Shown piece after piece: positions 1 to 8,381 of a stretch of 64,000 bases of DNA. The first letter of the stretch is position 1. Each line of letters opens with the position of its first letter. The notes under the pieces were generated by a model. The model saw only the letters and a list, made by a program, of their open reading frames with translations. It made no database searches and was not told the origin of the DNA. Source of the DNA: an uncultured Bacilli bacterium (GTDB taxonomy: Bacteria; Bacillota_I; Bacilli_A; RF39; UBA660). A program made the position numbers and the translations under genes. The stretch lies in NCBI GenBank assembly GCA_934101225.1, contig CAKOQK010000001.1, positions 64,978 to 128,977 of the forward strand. Direction: 5' to 3'.

Positions 1-901
1 CAATACCACTATTACTAATAGGATCATTTTCTAATGCAATCAAATAACTATTAATATCAGTTGCATACCTTGCTTTATCAAGTTCTTCACGAGCATTAAT
101 TAACTCTTCATCGCTATCAAAACTACCATAACAAAATTTATCAAGAACCTCTGCATTAACACCAATAATATCAGCAGTAACTTTTATATGATTTTTACTA
201 CCAATTTTATTATATTTAGCATAAACATTCACATTTCCAGTAAAATTATTATCATCAAGATAGGTTATAAATGTATAACCAGGGGCAATATAAGGCTCTA
301 TATTAGTTGCTGATCTTTCATAAACTCCAACTATTTTATACGTCTTTTGTTTAGTATTAATAATCTTTTCATTATCAGCATCATAACCAACATATTGATT
401 TAATTTATGAGTATCAGATACCCTTTCACCAACTTCTAGAGTAATTTCTTTGTTATTTTCAATATCCATTCTTCCATTTGTTTTTAAATGAGTGGGTATT
501 ATAATTTCATCTTCAGTTTGTGGTAAACGACCACTTTTTAACCTAATTGATAAATTTTCTAAAGCACCTTTATTAAATCCCATAACATAGGCATATGGTT
601 TACCACTGTTTTTAGAATCTTTTAATGGAGCATATCCTATTTCTTTAGTTAAATAAACGTCTTCAACACCATTATTATTCTTTATGTTTTTAACATCATC
701 ACTTGGAACATCCATAAATTCAACATGGAAATCACCTTTAATATATTTTTCATAAATTACTAAAGATTTTAATCCACTAGCATACATAGTTGCAACTGCA
801 GTTACTAACGCCACGGATAACATAATTCCAATAATAGTTACAATGGTTCTTTTTTTATTTAATTTTAAATTTTTAATAGTTAATTTTTTTAGTAAGTTCA
901 T
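1..901 (-). CDS. ABC transporter permease, FtsX/MacB-type; N-terminal ~300 aa only, gene runs off the window
   Basis: Not in the ORF track because it is open to the window edge. My translation from ATG (plus cat 899-901) reads MNLLKKLTIKNLKLNKKRTIVTIIGIMLSVALVTAVATMYASG, giving one TM helix then a long extracytoplasmic domain. It directly follows the ATPase gene stop at 904. Confidence 0.7.
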   Translation of the reverse strand, partial: MNLLKKLTIKNLKLNKKRTIVTIIGIMLSVALVTAVATMYASGLKSLVIYEKYIKGDFHVEFMDVPSDDVKNIKNNNGVEDVYLTKEIGYAPLKDSKNSGKPYAYVMGFNKGALENLSIRLKSGRLPQTEDEIIIPTHLKTNGRMDIENNKEITLEVGERVSDTHKLNQYVGYDADNEKIINTKQKTYKIVGVYERSATNIEPYIAPGYTFITYLDDNNFTGNVNVYAKYNKIGSKNHIKVTADIIGVNAEVLDKFCYGSFDSDEELINAREELDKARYATDINSYLIALENDPISNSGI

Positions 902-903
902 AG

Positions 904-1572
904 TTATTCACCTACTATTTTTCCATCTTCTATTTTAATAATTCGATCAGCAACAGCAGCTATTTCCATGTTATGAGTAATCATTATAATTGTTTGTTTT
1001 AACTCTTTATTTGTTTTCTTAAGAAGTGCTACTATTTCATCACTTGCTTTTGAATCTAAATTTCCCGTTGGTTCATCTGCTAAAATTATACTTGGATTTG
1101 TAATTAATGCCCTACCTATACTTGTTCTTTGTTGTTGCCCACCTGATAACTCATTTGGTAAATGATTTTTTCTTGATTCTAAACCCAAAAGTTTAATCAT
1201 ATCATTAAGCTTAGTTTTATCAGGTGTTCTTCCATCTAACGCAAGTGGTAATGTAATATTTTCTTCAACATTAAGTATTGGAATTAAATTATAAAACTGA
1301 TATATTAACCCCACTTGTCTTCTTCTAAAAATAGCTAGTTTATCATCATCAAATTTATAAATATCTTGTCCATTAACATAAACTTTACCACTTGTTGGTC
1401 TATCTACTCCACCAATTAAATGTAAAAGAGTTGACTTACCACTACCTGATGCTCCTACAATAGCAACAAATTCTCCTTTTTCAACACTAAAAGATACATG
1501 ATCAAGAGCAACAACTTTAGTGCTATCTTTACCATATACTTTAGTTAAATTTTCAACTTTTAATATTTCCAT
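904..1572 (-). CDS. ABC transporter ATP-binding protein (MacB/LolD/FtsE-like)
   Basis: Walker A GASGSGKST, ABC signature LSGGQQQR, Walker B ILADEPTGNLD. Confidence 0.9.
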   Translation of the reverse strand: MEILKVENLTKVYGKDSTKVVALDHVSFSVEKGEFVAIVGASGSGKSTLLHLIGGVDRPTSGKVYVNGQDIYKFDDDKLAIFRRRQVGLIYQFYNLIPILNVEENITLPLALDGRTPDKTKLNDMIKLLGLESRKNHLPNELSGGQQQRTSIGRALITNPSIILADEPTGNLDSKASDEIVALLKKTNKELKQTIIMITHNMEIAAVADRIIKIEDGKIVGE

Positions 1573-1595
1573 ATAATCTTCCTTTCAACAATTAA

Positions 1596-1629
1596 ATTAT
1601 ATCATAAGTAAAGTTACAATTAAGTTACA
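1596..1629 (-). promoter_or_regulatory. Candidate promoter of the ABC operon: extended -10 (TGATATAAT) plus two direct repeats TGTAACTT with 11-bp period over the -35 position
   Basis: Plus strand has aagttaca at 1611-1618 and 1622-1629, and attata at 1596-1601 preceded by tca. The site lies 25-55 nt upstream of the start at 1572. Confidence 0.4.
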
Positions 1630-1728
1630 TTTTGTTATTTTAATTCACCTTATGTTAATAAAGTTGATTTAGTATAATTAATATGTGATCAAGTAGTTCT
1701 ATTTTATAAATAATAAATGTAATAAAAT

Positions 1729-2178
1729 TTATAAATCAAATTCAACACTAAAATACTTATATTCTCCATCATATATTCTTTTAATAATTCGGTATTTTCC
1801 ACTTGTTAAATTACCATATGTTTTAGACCAGTCAATATTCATTTCAAGTTCATTATTATCATCAACTAAATATCCCATTTCATCAAATAAAACATCACCC
1901 CTTGGTTTTAATTCATACCAAATATGATCAATTCTTTTTTCTAATTTATAATATTCTTCATACGTATACTTAATTTTATTATCATCAGTAATAATAATTG
2001 TTGCACCACTTTTAGTTAAAGTATTTTCTTTTACGTTCATAGTAACATTTTTTAGAGTATATTCGTTGTTATCTTTTATTAGAGTAACTTTGGCATTATT
2101 TAATGAATTTAAATAATAAATTAATCCTCCAAATATTAATACAATTAAAATTATTTTAATTAAAAGTTCTTTATTCAT
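1729..2178 (-). CDS. Hypothetical membrane-anchored protein
   Basis: N-terminal TM helix LLIKIILIVLIFGGLIYYL followed by a beta-rich domain. No family recognised. Confidence 0.5.
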   Translation of the reverse strand: MNKELLIKIILIVLIFGGLIYYLNSLNNAKVTLIKDNNEYTLKNVTMNVKENTLTKSGATIIITDDNKIKYTYEEYYKLEKRIDHIWYELKPRGDVLFDEMGYLVDDNNELEMNIDWSKTYGNLTSGKYRIIKRIYDGEYKYFSVEFDL

Positions 2179-2279
2179 ATAGTATCTCCTTCTATTTATA
2201 GTTTAGCATATAAACTAAATATTGTCTTTAATAGATGAATATGTTATAGTAACTAAATATTTTGAAAGGAAAATTTTTT

Positions 2280-3167
2280 ATGAAAATAAAAGAATTGATT
2301 AGTATGTTTAAAAAAAATTTTTACTTAAAATATATTACAGGTAATAAAGGTAAAGTAATAGAGACTGATAAAAAAATAATATGCTTTATAAATAAAAAGA
2401 AATTAATAAAGAAAGATATTTATTGCCTAATTAGTTATCCATGTAAAAGGAAGATAAATAAACAAATATGTTATATTATAGAGAATCTTGAATTTAATAA
2501 AAATGTAACAATTATTATAAAAGATAATTCTGAAATTATAATTAAAGACTCAATTTTTAATTTTGGATTAGATGTTAGAACTGAAGGAAAATGTACAATA
2601 GATAATTGTAATTTAAATATTTTTAATCCTGAAAATTATATAATAAATGTAAATGATTTAATTTTAAAAAATATGAATTATAATACAATAAATTTAAATT
2701 ATGGTTATAATTTAACTATTTATGCGAAAAAATCTTTAATATTAGAAAATACTGAAATATTTCAAGATAATAAAATTTATTTTCTAATTGACATCATAGC
2801 AAATAAAAAAATATTACTAATTAATTCAGTGATAAAAGGAAAAATTATTTCTCTAAGTTCACCAAAATTTAACATGGACAACAAAAGTCGTATTTTATCA
2901 ACTAATATAACCAAAATTTATTCAGATGATTTTGATAATCTAACAATTATTTCTCCAAGTATTATACTAAATGGAGAATTTATCAATAAAAAAACAGAAT
3001 CTTTTATCCTTAGAAAAGTTAAAAATATTGATGAACAAAAGAAATTAGAATTAATTAATTGTTTAAAAAACATTAAAAATAAAATTGAATCATATAATCA
3101 AAATAGATTAAATGATTATCAAAAAGAATTAGAAAATAAACCTGTTAAAACTTTATTTAAAAAATAA
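2280..3167 (+). CDS. Hypothetical Asn/Ile/Lys-rich protein, possibly beta-helix-like
   Basis: The ORF track starts at TTG 2262. ATG at 2280 sits 9 nt after GAAAGGA. Recurrent short I/L-x-I/N strands. No family recognised. Confidence 0.45.
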   Translation: MKIKELISMFKKNFYLKYITGNKGKVIETDKKIICFINKKKLIKKDIYCLISYPCKRKINKQICYIIENLEFNKNVTIIIKDNSEIIIKDSIFNFGLDVRTEGKCTIDNCNLNIFNPENYIINVNDLILKNMNYNTINLNYGYNLTIYAKKSLILENTEIFQDNKIYFLIDIIANKKILLINSVIKGKIISLSSPKFNMDNKSRILSTNITKIYSDDFDNLTIISPSIILNGEFINKKTESFILRKVKNIDEQKKLELINCLKNIKNKIESYNQNRLNDYQKELENKPVKTLFKK

Positions 3168-3202
3168 AATAAGGATTTCTATAAAAATTAGATTTCTTCT
3201 TT

Positions 3203-3406
3203 TTATTTTATACAATAATATTCGGCTCCTTTTAGTTTTATTTGTAATATAGAGTATTCCATACAATCATATAATCCATAATACGCATTACCTTTCTTTA
3301 TAGCAATAATTGGTATGTTAATTGTAAAAATACAAGTTAAATCTACAACAACTAGTAAGACAATAGAACTTATAATAATTAAAATAATTTTTAAATATTT
3401 ATTCAT
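3203..3406 (-). CDS. Small membrane protein, hypothetical
   Basis: 67 aa with an N-terminal TM helix. Sits downstream of the DUF1003 gene. Confidence 0.35.
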   Translation of the reverse strand: MNKYLKIILIIISSIVLLVVVDLTCIFTINIPIIAIKKGNAYYGLYDCMEYSILQIKLKGAEYYCIK

Positions 3407-3415
3407 TAAATTTTT

Positions 3416-3934
3416 TTAATCTTTTTTATTTTCTTCTCTATCCTCTAATAATTTTAATATTTTATTTTGATTTACAGTTAATCTACTTATTTCTCTATGT
3501 AATTCTTCTAAAATAAGTTCACTTTTTAAATCCGTTTTATAATCGTTAGAACTTCTTAATCGATCTTTTTTAGATTCTCTATTTTGACTCATCATAATTA
3601 TTGGAGCTTGCAATGCAGCAATACATGATAATAATAAATTAAGCAATATAAATGGATAGGGATCAGCATTTTCTAACACATAAATATTTAATATTATCCA
3701 TAATATTAAGAAAATAACCATACCAATTATAAAATTCCAGCTACCAGCAAGTTCTGTTATTTTATCTGCTACTTTATCTCCGAAAGTACGATTTATATCA
3801 CTTTGTTTATCAGTATCTACGGCAATTGGTTCATCTATTAACATATTAATTAATTCTTCTTCATCATTACTTTCAAGATTCTTTTTTAATAACATTTCTA
3901 CAATTTCTTTTTTTGTTTTACTTCTTTCAGCCAT
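3416..3934 (-). CDS. DUF1003 family membrane protein
   Basis: FGDKVADKITELAGSWNFIIG, two TM helices, then APIIMMSQNRESKKDRLRSSNDYKTDLKSE, which is typical of DUF1003. Confidence 0.75.
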   Translation of the reverse strand: MAERSKTKKEIVEMLLKKNLESNDEEELINMLIDEPIAVDTDKQSDINRTFGDKVADKITELAGSWNFIIGMVIFLILWIILNIYVLENADPYPFILLNLLLSCIAALQAPIIMMSQNRESKKDRLRSSNDYKTDLKSELILEELHREISRLTVNQNKILKLLEDREENKKD

Positions 3935-4160
3935 TTTATAACACCTTCTAAAAAAATAATATCACTTATAAAATATAATGTAAATTATTTTGTTCTTTAT
4001 TAGATAATATCATAAGCAAATTTACATTAAGTAATGAAGATTTTGGATTATGTTATGCAAAATCATACATTATTATATTTTTTTACATGTTTATCTTTCT
4101 TTATTATATTAAAAAATTTAATGAGTTTTTTATTCATATTTATGCTTCTATTCTTTATAA

Positions 4161-4188
4161 ATTATACCTCTAAGACTCCTCCTGTCAA
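4161..4188 (-). promoter_or_regulatory. Near-consensus sigma-A promoter TTGACA-N16-TATAAT pointing toward the DUF1003 gene
   Basis: Plus tgtcaa at 4183-4188 and attata at 4161-4166. Spacer is GGAGGAGTCTTAGAGG on the minus strand. Lies about 225 nt upstream of start 3934. Confidence 0.45.
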
Positions 4189-4205
4189 GAACAAACGTTT
4201 GTTCT
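4188..4205. promoter_or_regulatory. 18-bp perfect palindrome AGAACAAACGTTTGTTCT between divergent promoters (operator candidate, LexA/Cheo-box-like core)
   Basis: Read directly from the sequence. It contains GAAC-AAAC-GTTT. Confidence 0.45.
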
Positions 4206-4206
4206 A

Positions 4207-4235
4207 TTGAACTATTGAAATAAAATTGTTAGAAT
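4207..4235 (+). promoter_or_regulatory. Candidate promoter TTGAAC-N17-TAGAAT for the GspE/PilB-like gene
   Basis: ttgaac at 4207-4212 and tagaat at 4230-4235, about 28 nt upstream of ATG 4263. Confidence 0.4.
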
Positions 4236-4262
4236 TTAATATAGAATAGAAAGAGATTGGAT

Positions 4263-5609
4263 ATGAAAGAAGATAAAAAGAATAAAGAAAAAACAATTAG
4301 TAATACTTTAAATCCTCAAGAACTTATAGATCCAGTCTCTAAACTTGTTGTTTTTAATTACGAAGAAATACCAATTACTGAAATTGTTAATGCCATAATT
4401 ATTGATGCAATTAGAATGAAAGCATCTGATATTCATTTTGATCCTATGGAAGATGGTCTTAAAATAAGAGTAAGAATAGATGGTGCTTTACAGGATTATA
4501 GTATGGTTCCTTTATATGTAGAAAAAAATATGATTACTAGAATTAAAATTATTTCTGGAATGAATATTACTGAATCTAGGGTTCCACAAGATGGTGCAAT
4601 TAAAAATAGTTTAGATAATATAGATGTAGATTTACGTGTATCTTGTTTGCCAACCAATATGGGTGAAAAAATTGTTATTCGTATTTTAGATTATAAGATG
4701 TCCGCAGCAGGAATAGAACAGTTGGATTTTAGTAATGATAATTTAGAAAAAGTTAAAAAAATGATACAAATTCCCAACGGTATTATCTTAGTTACAGGTG
4801 CAACAGGAACTGGTAAATCAACAACGGTTTACTCTATTTTACAAAGGCTTAATACTGAAGATTCTAATATAATTACTGTTGAAGATCCAATAGAAATGAA
4901 TATTGAAGGAATTAATCAAGTTCAAGTAAATTCTGATGTAGGTCTTTCATTTGCAGCAGCATTAAGAAGTATTTTAAGACAGGACCCCGATATTATAATG
5001 ATTGGTGAGATTCGTGATGATGAAACTGCTAAAATAGCTGTTCGTGCATCTATTACTGGACACTTAGTTTTATCAACTATCCATACTAATAATTCACTTA
5101 ACACGATTGAACGTTTAACTGATATGAACGTAGAACGTTACTTACTTGGTGCTGCTTTATCTGGTATAATTTCTCAAAGGCTTGCTAGAAGATTATGTAA
5201 AAAATGTAGAGTTTTAAGAAAAACAAATGAATATGAAAAATTATTATTCAAAAAAAATCTTGGATTAGATATTGATGAAATATATGAGGCTAAGGGTTGT
5301 GAAGATTGTCATCAAGGATACAAAGGACGTATTGCTATTCAAGAAGTTTTGCTAACTAATCAAGATATAAAAGACGCTATTGTTCTTAATATGCCAAAAA
5401 AAGAATTACGAAAATTGGTTTATGGTAAAGGAGGAACAACTACTCTTTTTCAAGATGGATTACTAAAAGTAGTATCTGGCGAAACTTCACTAGAAGAGAT
5501 ATTAAAACTTATTGAATCTGACGATGAAGCTGATACAGAAATTGAAGAAGAATCTAAAGAAAAAAATCCTGAATTATCAATAAAAAAAGAAACTATAGAA
5601 ACATTATAA
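4263..5609 (+). CDS. GspE/PilB-family type II/IV secretion ATPase (orphan)
   Basis: Walker A GATGTGKST, Asp box, Walker B IIMIGEIRD, His box and a tetracysteine cluster CKKC...CEDC. The track start is TTG 4257; the first ATG is at 4263. Confidence 0.85.
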   Translation: MKEDKKNKEKTISNTLNPQELIDPVSKLVVFNYEEIPITEIVNAIIIDAIRMKASDIHFDPMEDGLKIRVRIDGALQDYSMVPLYVEKNMITRIKIISGMNITESRVPQDGAIKNSLDNIDVDLRVSCLPTNMGEKIVIRILDYKMSAAGIEQLDFSNDNLEKVKKMIQIPNGIILVTGATGTGKSTTVYSILQRLNTEDSNIITVEDPIEMNIEGINQVQVNSDVGLSFAAALRSILRQDPDIIMIGEIRDDETAKIAVRASITGHLVLSTIHTNNSLNTIERLTDMNVERYLLGAALSGIISQRLARRLCKKCRVLRKTNEYEKLLFKKNLGLDIDEIYEAKGCEDCHQGYKGRIAIQEVLLTNQDIKDAIVLNMPKKELRKLVYGKGGTTTLFQDGLLKVVSGETSLEEILKLIESDDEADTEIEEESKEKNPELSIKKETIETL

Positions 5610-5626
5610 AATCTATAGTTTTTTAT
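5592..5626 (+). terminator. Rho-independent terminator of the PilB-like gene
   Basis: Stem actataga (5592-5599) pairs with tctatagt (5612-5619), followed by TTTTTATTTT. Confidence 0.55.
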
Positions 5627-5627
5627 T

Positions 5628-5771
5628 TTAACTTACTAAATCTGCTGTATCGTCAATGAAAGTATTAATTTTACGTTTAATTACTTTTTTATTTTTAGTT
5701 AGATTCTCTACGCCCATATATAAACCAATACCGGCAGCAGCTCCAACCATCATCATCATTGTATTTTTCAT
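5628..5771 (-). CDS. Small (47 aa) glycine-zipper membrane peptide, hypothetical
   Basis: Below the ORF-track cutoff. My translation is MKNTMMMMVGAAAGIGLYMGVENLTKNKKVIKRKINTFIDDTADLVS, with GGTGAT 4 nt upstream of the ATG. Confidence 0.3.
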   Translation of the reverse strand: MKNTMMMMVGAAAGIGLYMGVENLTKNKKVIKRKINTFIDDTADLVS

Positions 5772-5801
5772 TTTATCACCATTATTATTATGAACAAAAT
5801 C

Positions 5802-7961
5802 TTAAAGTTTATTCATAATTAATTCATTTAAAGTAGTTTTTCTCTTAAAACTATAATCATTATTTATAGCCTTTAAATAAGCATCTTTACTACCAACTAA
5901 TATAAGTGATTTTTTAGCTCTTGATACTCCTGTATAAAGCAGCTTATTATATAACATTCTATTATAACTTAATGACATTGGCATAATAACATAGTCAAAT
6001 TCTGATCCTTGAGACTTATGTATAGTTATAGCATAGGCATGACTAATACTTATTAAATCCTCTCTTTTATAATCAACTATATTGCCATCATAATCTATAC
6101 TTAATATATCTTTTTTAGAGTTTACATTAACCTCGCATATATATCCTATATCACCATTAAAAATATTATTATCAATATCATTAACCAAATTAAGCATTTT
6201 ATCTCCTACTCTATAAGTAATAGGACCAACTTTTAATTCATCTTTTTTATTAACAACCGGATTAAAATATTCCTGTAACAAGATATTTAAATTATCTATC
6301 CCATTTTCTCCCTTATACATAGGAGCTAAAACTTGAACATTTCTGACATCAATACCTTTTTCTTGCATTTTATCCAATAACTTAATAATAATACTTTTTA
6401 TATTTAAATTATCACAAGAAATAAAACTAAAGTCATCTCCGCTAGGAACTATATCAATAACTTTATCTTTAATATTTTTAGCAACAGTTGGAATATAAGA
6501 TTTATCACTTTGTCTATAAATCCTTTCTAATCTAATATGGGGTATATTAGTGTTTATAATATCATTTAATACAAGTCCTGGTCCAACAGATGGAAGTTGG
6601 TATTCATCACCTACTAAAACTATTTGCGTATTAAAAATATCTAATCCTCTAAGTAGCGATGCCATTAAATGATTATCTATCATTGAAGATTCATCAACTA
6701 TAATTAAATTATAATGCATACTATTTAATTCATTTATATTAAAAACATTATTTTCTTTATCCCATTTTAAAAATCTATGAATAGTACTTGCTTGATATCC
6801 AGTTGACTCGCTCATTCTTTTAGCTGCTCTACCAGTTGGTGCTAATAATAATACATGATCTTTAATTGCTTGTTCACTAACTTTATAGATAAGCGAATAT
6901 GTTTTAATTATTCCTTTAATAATAGTTGTTTTACCAGTTCCAGGACCACCCGTAATAACACTTATATTATTAATTAAAGATTTACTAATTGCTTCTTTTT
7001 GTTCTTCATTATATTTTATATCAAGAACTTTTTCGGCCTTATTAATGTATCTATCTATATTATTTACTCTACTACTTAATTTAAATAATTTAGTTAAATA
7101 ATCAGCAATATAAACCTCATCATCATAATCTTCTTTTAAATATATTTTATCTTCTTTAATAGCAACCCTACCAGTATTAAATAAATAATTAATTTGACTA
7201 TCAATATCAACATTTATACCATATAACTTTTTTAAACCAGCACATATCTCTTCTTTATATAAATAAATATCCCCAGAACTAAAGGTTAAATATTTAATAG
7301 TTTCAATTAAACAAGCCTTAACTCTTCGATCATCTTCTATATCATTACTACTTAAAAATATTTCATCTAATTTCTTAAAATTAACTTCATCATTTAAATC
7401 ATAAATATTTTTATTTATTATATCTTTAATTCTTTTACCAAACTTATTAATTAAATTCATTGTTTCTTTAACACTAAACCCCATATTTTTAAGTTCAACT
7501 ATTAAAGCATCATTATCAAAATATTTACATACTGAATTATATATTTGATCTCTCTTCTTATCATTTATTCCTTCAACTAATTCTAAATTACTTTTATTTT
7601 CTTTAATTTTATATAAACTATCATTTCCAAAAACTTTATATATTTTTTTAGCAGTTGCTTCTCCGCATCCCTTAACAAAAGAACTAGTTAAAAATTCAAT
7701 TATTGCATCTTTTCCTTCTGGCACAATCTTTTCATAATTATCAGTACTAAACTGATAACCATATCTATCATGAAATATATACTTTCCATTTAAAACATAA
7801 GTATCATTTTCATTAGTTTTCATAAAATAACCGGTATAAGTAATTTGTTTATTAGTAGGAATATCTTCATCATCAGTTTCATTAACCTTAAAAAGACCAA
7901 CCCTATAGCCTGATTCAGATTCAAAAATAATATGTTTAAACTTTCCTTTAATATAACTCAT
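5802..7961 (-). CDS. recD2: ATP-dependent RecD2-type SF1 DNA helicase
   Basis: 719 aa. Walker A GGPGTGKTT, IVDESSM, VGDEYQLPSVGPG, and C-terminal HKSQGSEF / YTGVSRAK motifs. Confidence 0.85.
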   Translation of the reverse strand: MSYIKGKFKHIIFESESGYRVGLFKVNETDDEDIPTNKQITYTGYFMKTNENDTYVLNGKYIFHDRYGYQFSTDNYEKIVPEGKDAIIEFLTSSFVKGCGEATAKKIYKVFGNDSLYKIKENKSNLELVEGINDKKRDQIYNSVCKYFDNDALIVELKNMGFSVKETMNLINKFGKRIKDIINKNIYDLNDEVNFKKLDEIFLSSNDIEDDRRVKACLIETIKYLTFSSGDIYLYKEEICAGLKKLYGINVDIDSQINYLFNTGRVAIKEDKIYLKEDYDDEVYIADYLTKLFKLSSRVNNIDRYINKAEKVLDIKYNEEQKEAISKSLINNISVITGGPGTGKTTIIKGIIKTYSLIYKVSEQAIKDHVLLLAPTGRAAKRMSESTGYQASTIHRFLKWDKENNVFNINELNSMHYNLIIVDESSMIDNHLMASLLRGLDIFNTQIVLVGDEYQLPSVGPGLVLNDIINTNIPHIRLERIYRQSDKSYIPTVAKNIKDKVIDIVPSGDDFSFISCDNLNIKSIIIKLLDKMQEKGIDVRNVQVLAPMYKGENGIDNLNILLQEYFNPVVNKKDELKVGPITYRVGDKMLNLVNDIDNNIFNGDIGYICEVNVNSKKDILSIDYDGNIVDYKREDLISISHAYAITIHKSQGSEFDYVIMPMSLSYNRMLYNKLLYTGVSRAKKSLILVGSKDAYLKAINNDYSFKRKTTLNELIMNKL

Positions 7962-7990
7962 ACCTAATATTTTACCACATCAAAAAAAAA

Positions 7991-8380
7991 TTACAATAAT
8001 ATGTAATCTTTTCCAAATCTTTTATTAGTTCTATTTTCAATGTCTTTAATTATATTCTCATACTCATTATTTATTAAAGTAATTATTTCATTAAAATCAT
8101 TTTCTGTATAAAATGATGAATTATTTTTCATATTATTATATTTATTTTTATTACTAATTAAATTATTTAAATCTATATCTATTTTTAAATCTTCTTTAAC
8201 CATATTTATAAATTCATCATATTTTTCCCAAATATTATAATGATTTTTACTTGATTCTTTATAACTATTTAATTTATTACAAACTATATTCTTATAATTA
8301 ATTATTTTATTATTTTTAGGATAACATCTCATCATCCCTTTTGTATCACCTGTAATATTATATTCTACTATTGTTTTCAT
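7991..8380 (-). CDS. Hypothetical protein
   Basis: 129 aa Asn/Lys-rich ORF tightly packed between gap and recD2. No family recognised. Confidence 0.4.
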   Translation of the reverse strand: MKTIVEYNITGDTKGMMRCYPKNNKIINYKNIVCNKLNSYKESSKNHYNIWEKYDEFINMVKEDLKIDIDLNNLISNKNKYNNMKNNSSFYTENDFNEIITLINNEYENIIKDIENRTNKRFGKDYILL

Positions 8381-8381
8381 T

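Noticed and set aside
4188-4205. parS (ParB) or cre (CcpA) site
   Set aside because: parS is TGTTNCACGTGAAACA, whereas here the half-sites face the opposite way (GAACA...TGTTC). The cre consensus TGWAANCGNTNWCA is not matched outside the central CG.
4922-5104. Short antisense ORFs in the track (this one, plus 10035-10274, 10198-10389, 12537-12719, 12892-13092, 20487-20669, 27229-27471, 31070-31255, 32173-32364, 35784-36056, 39771-40082, 41719-42024, 45791-45991, 47100-47306, 54397-54594, 55279-55533, 56659-56898, 57485-57697, 58670-58933, 60309-60491)
   Set aside because: Each lies inside, and antisense to, a longer ORF with clear family motifs. All are low-complexity and have no RBS.
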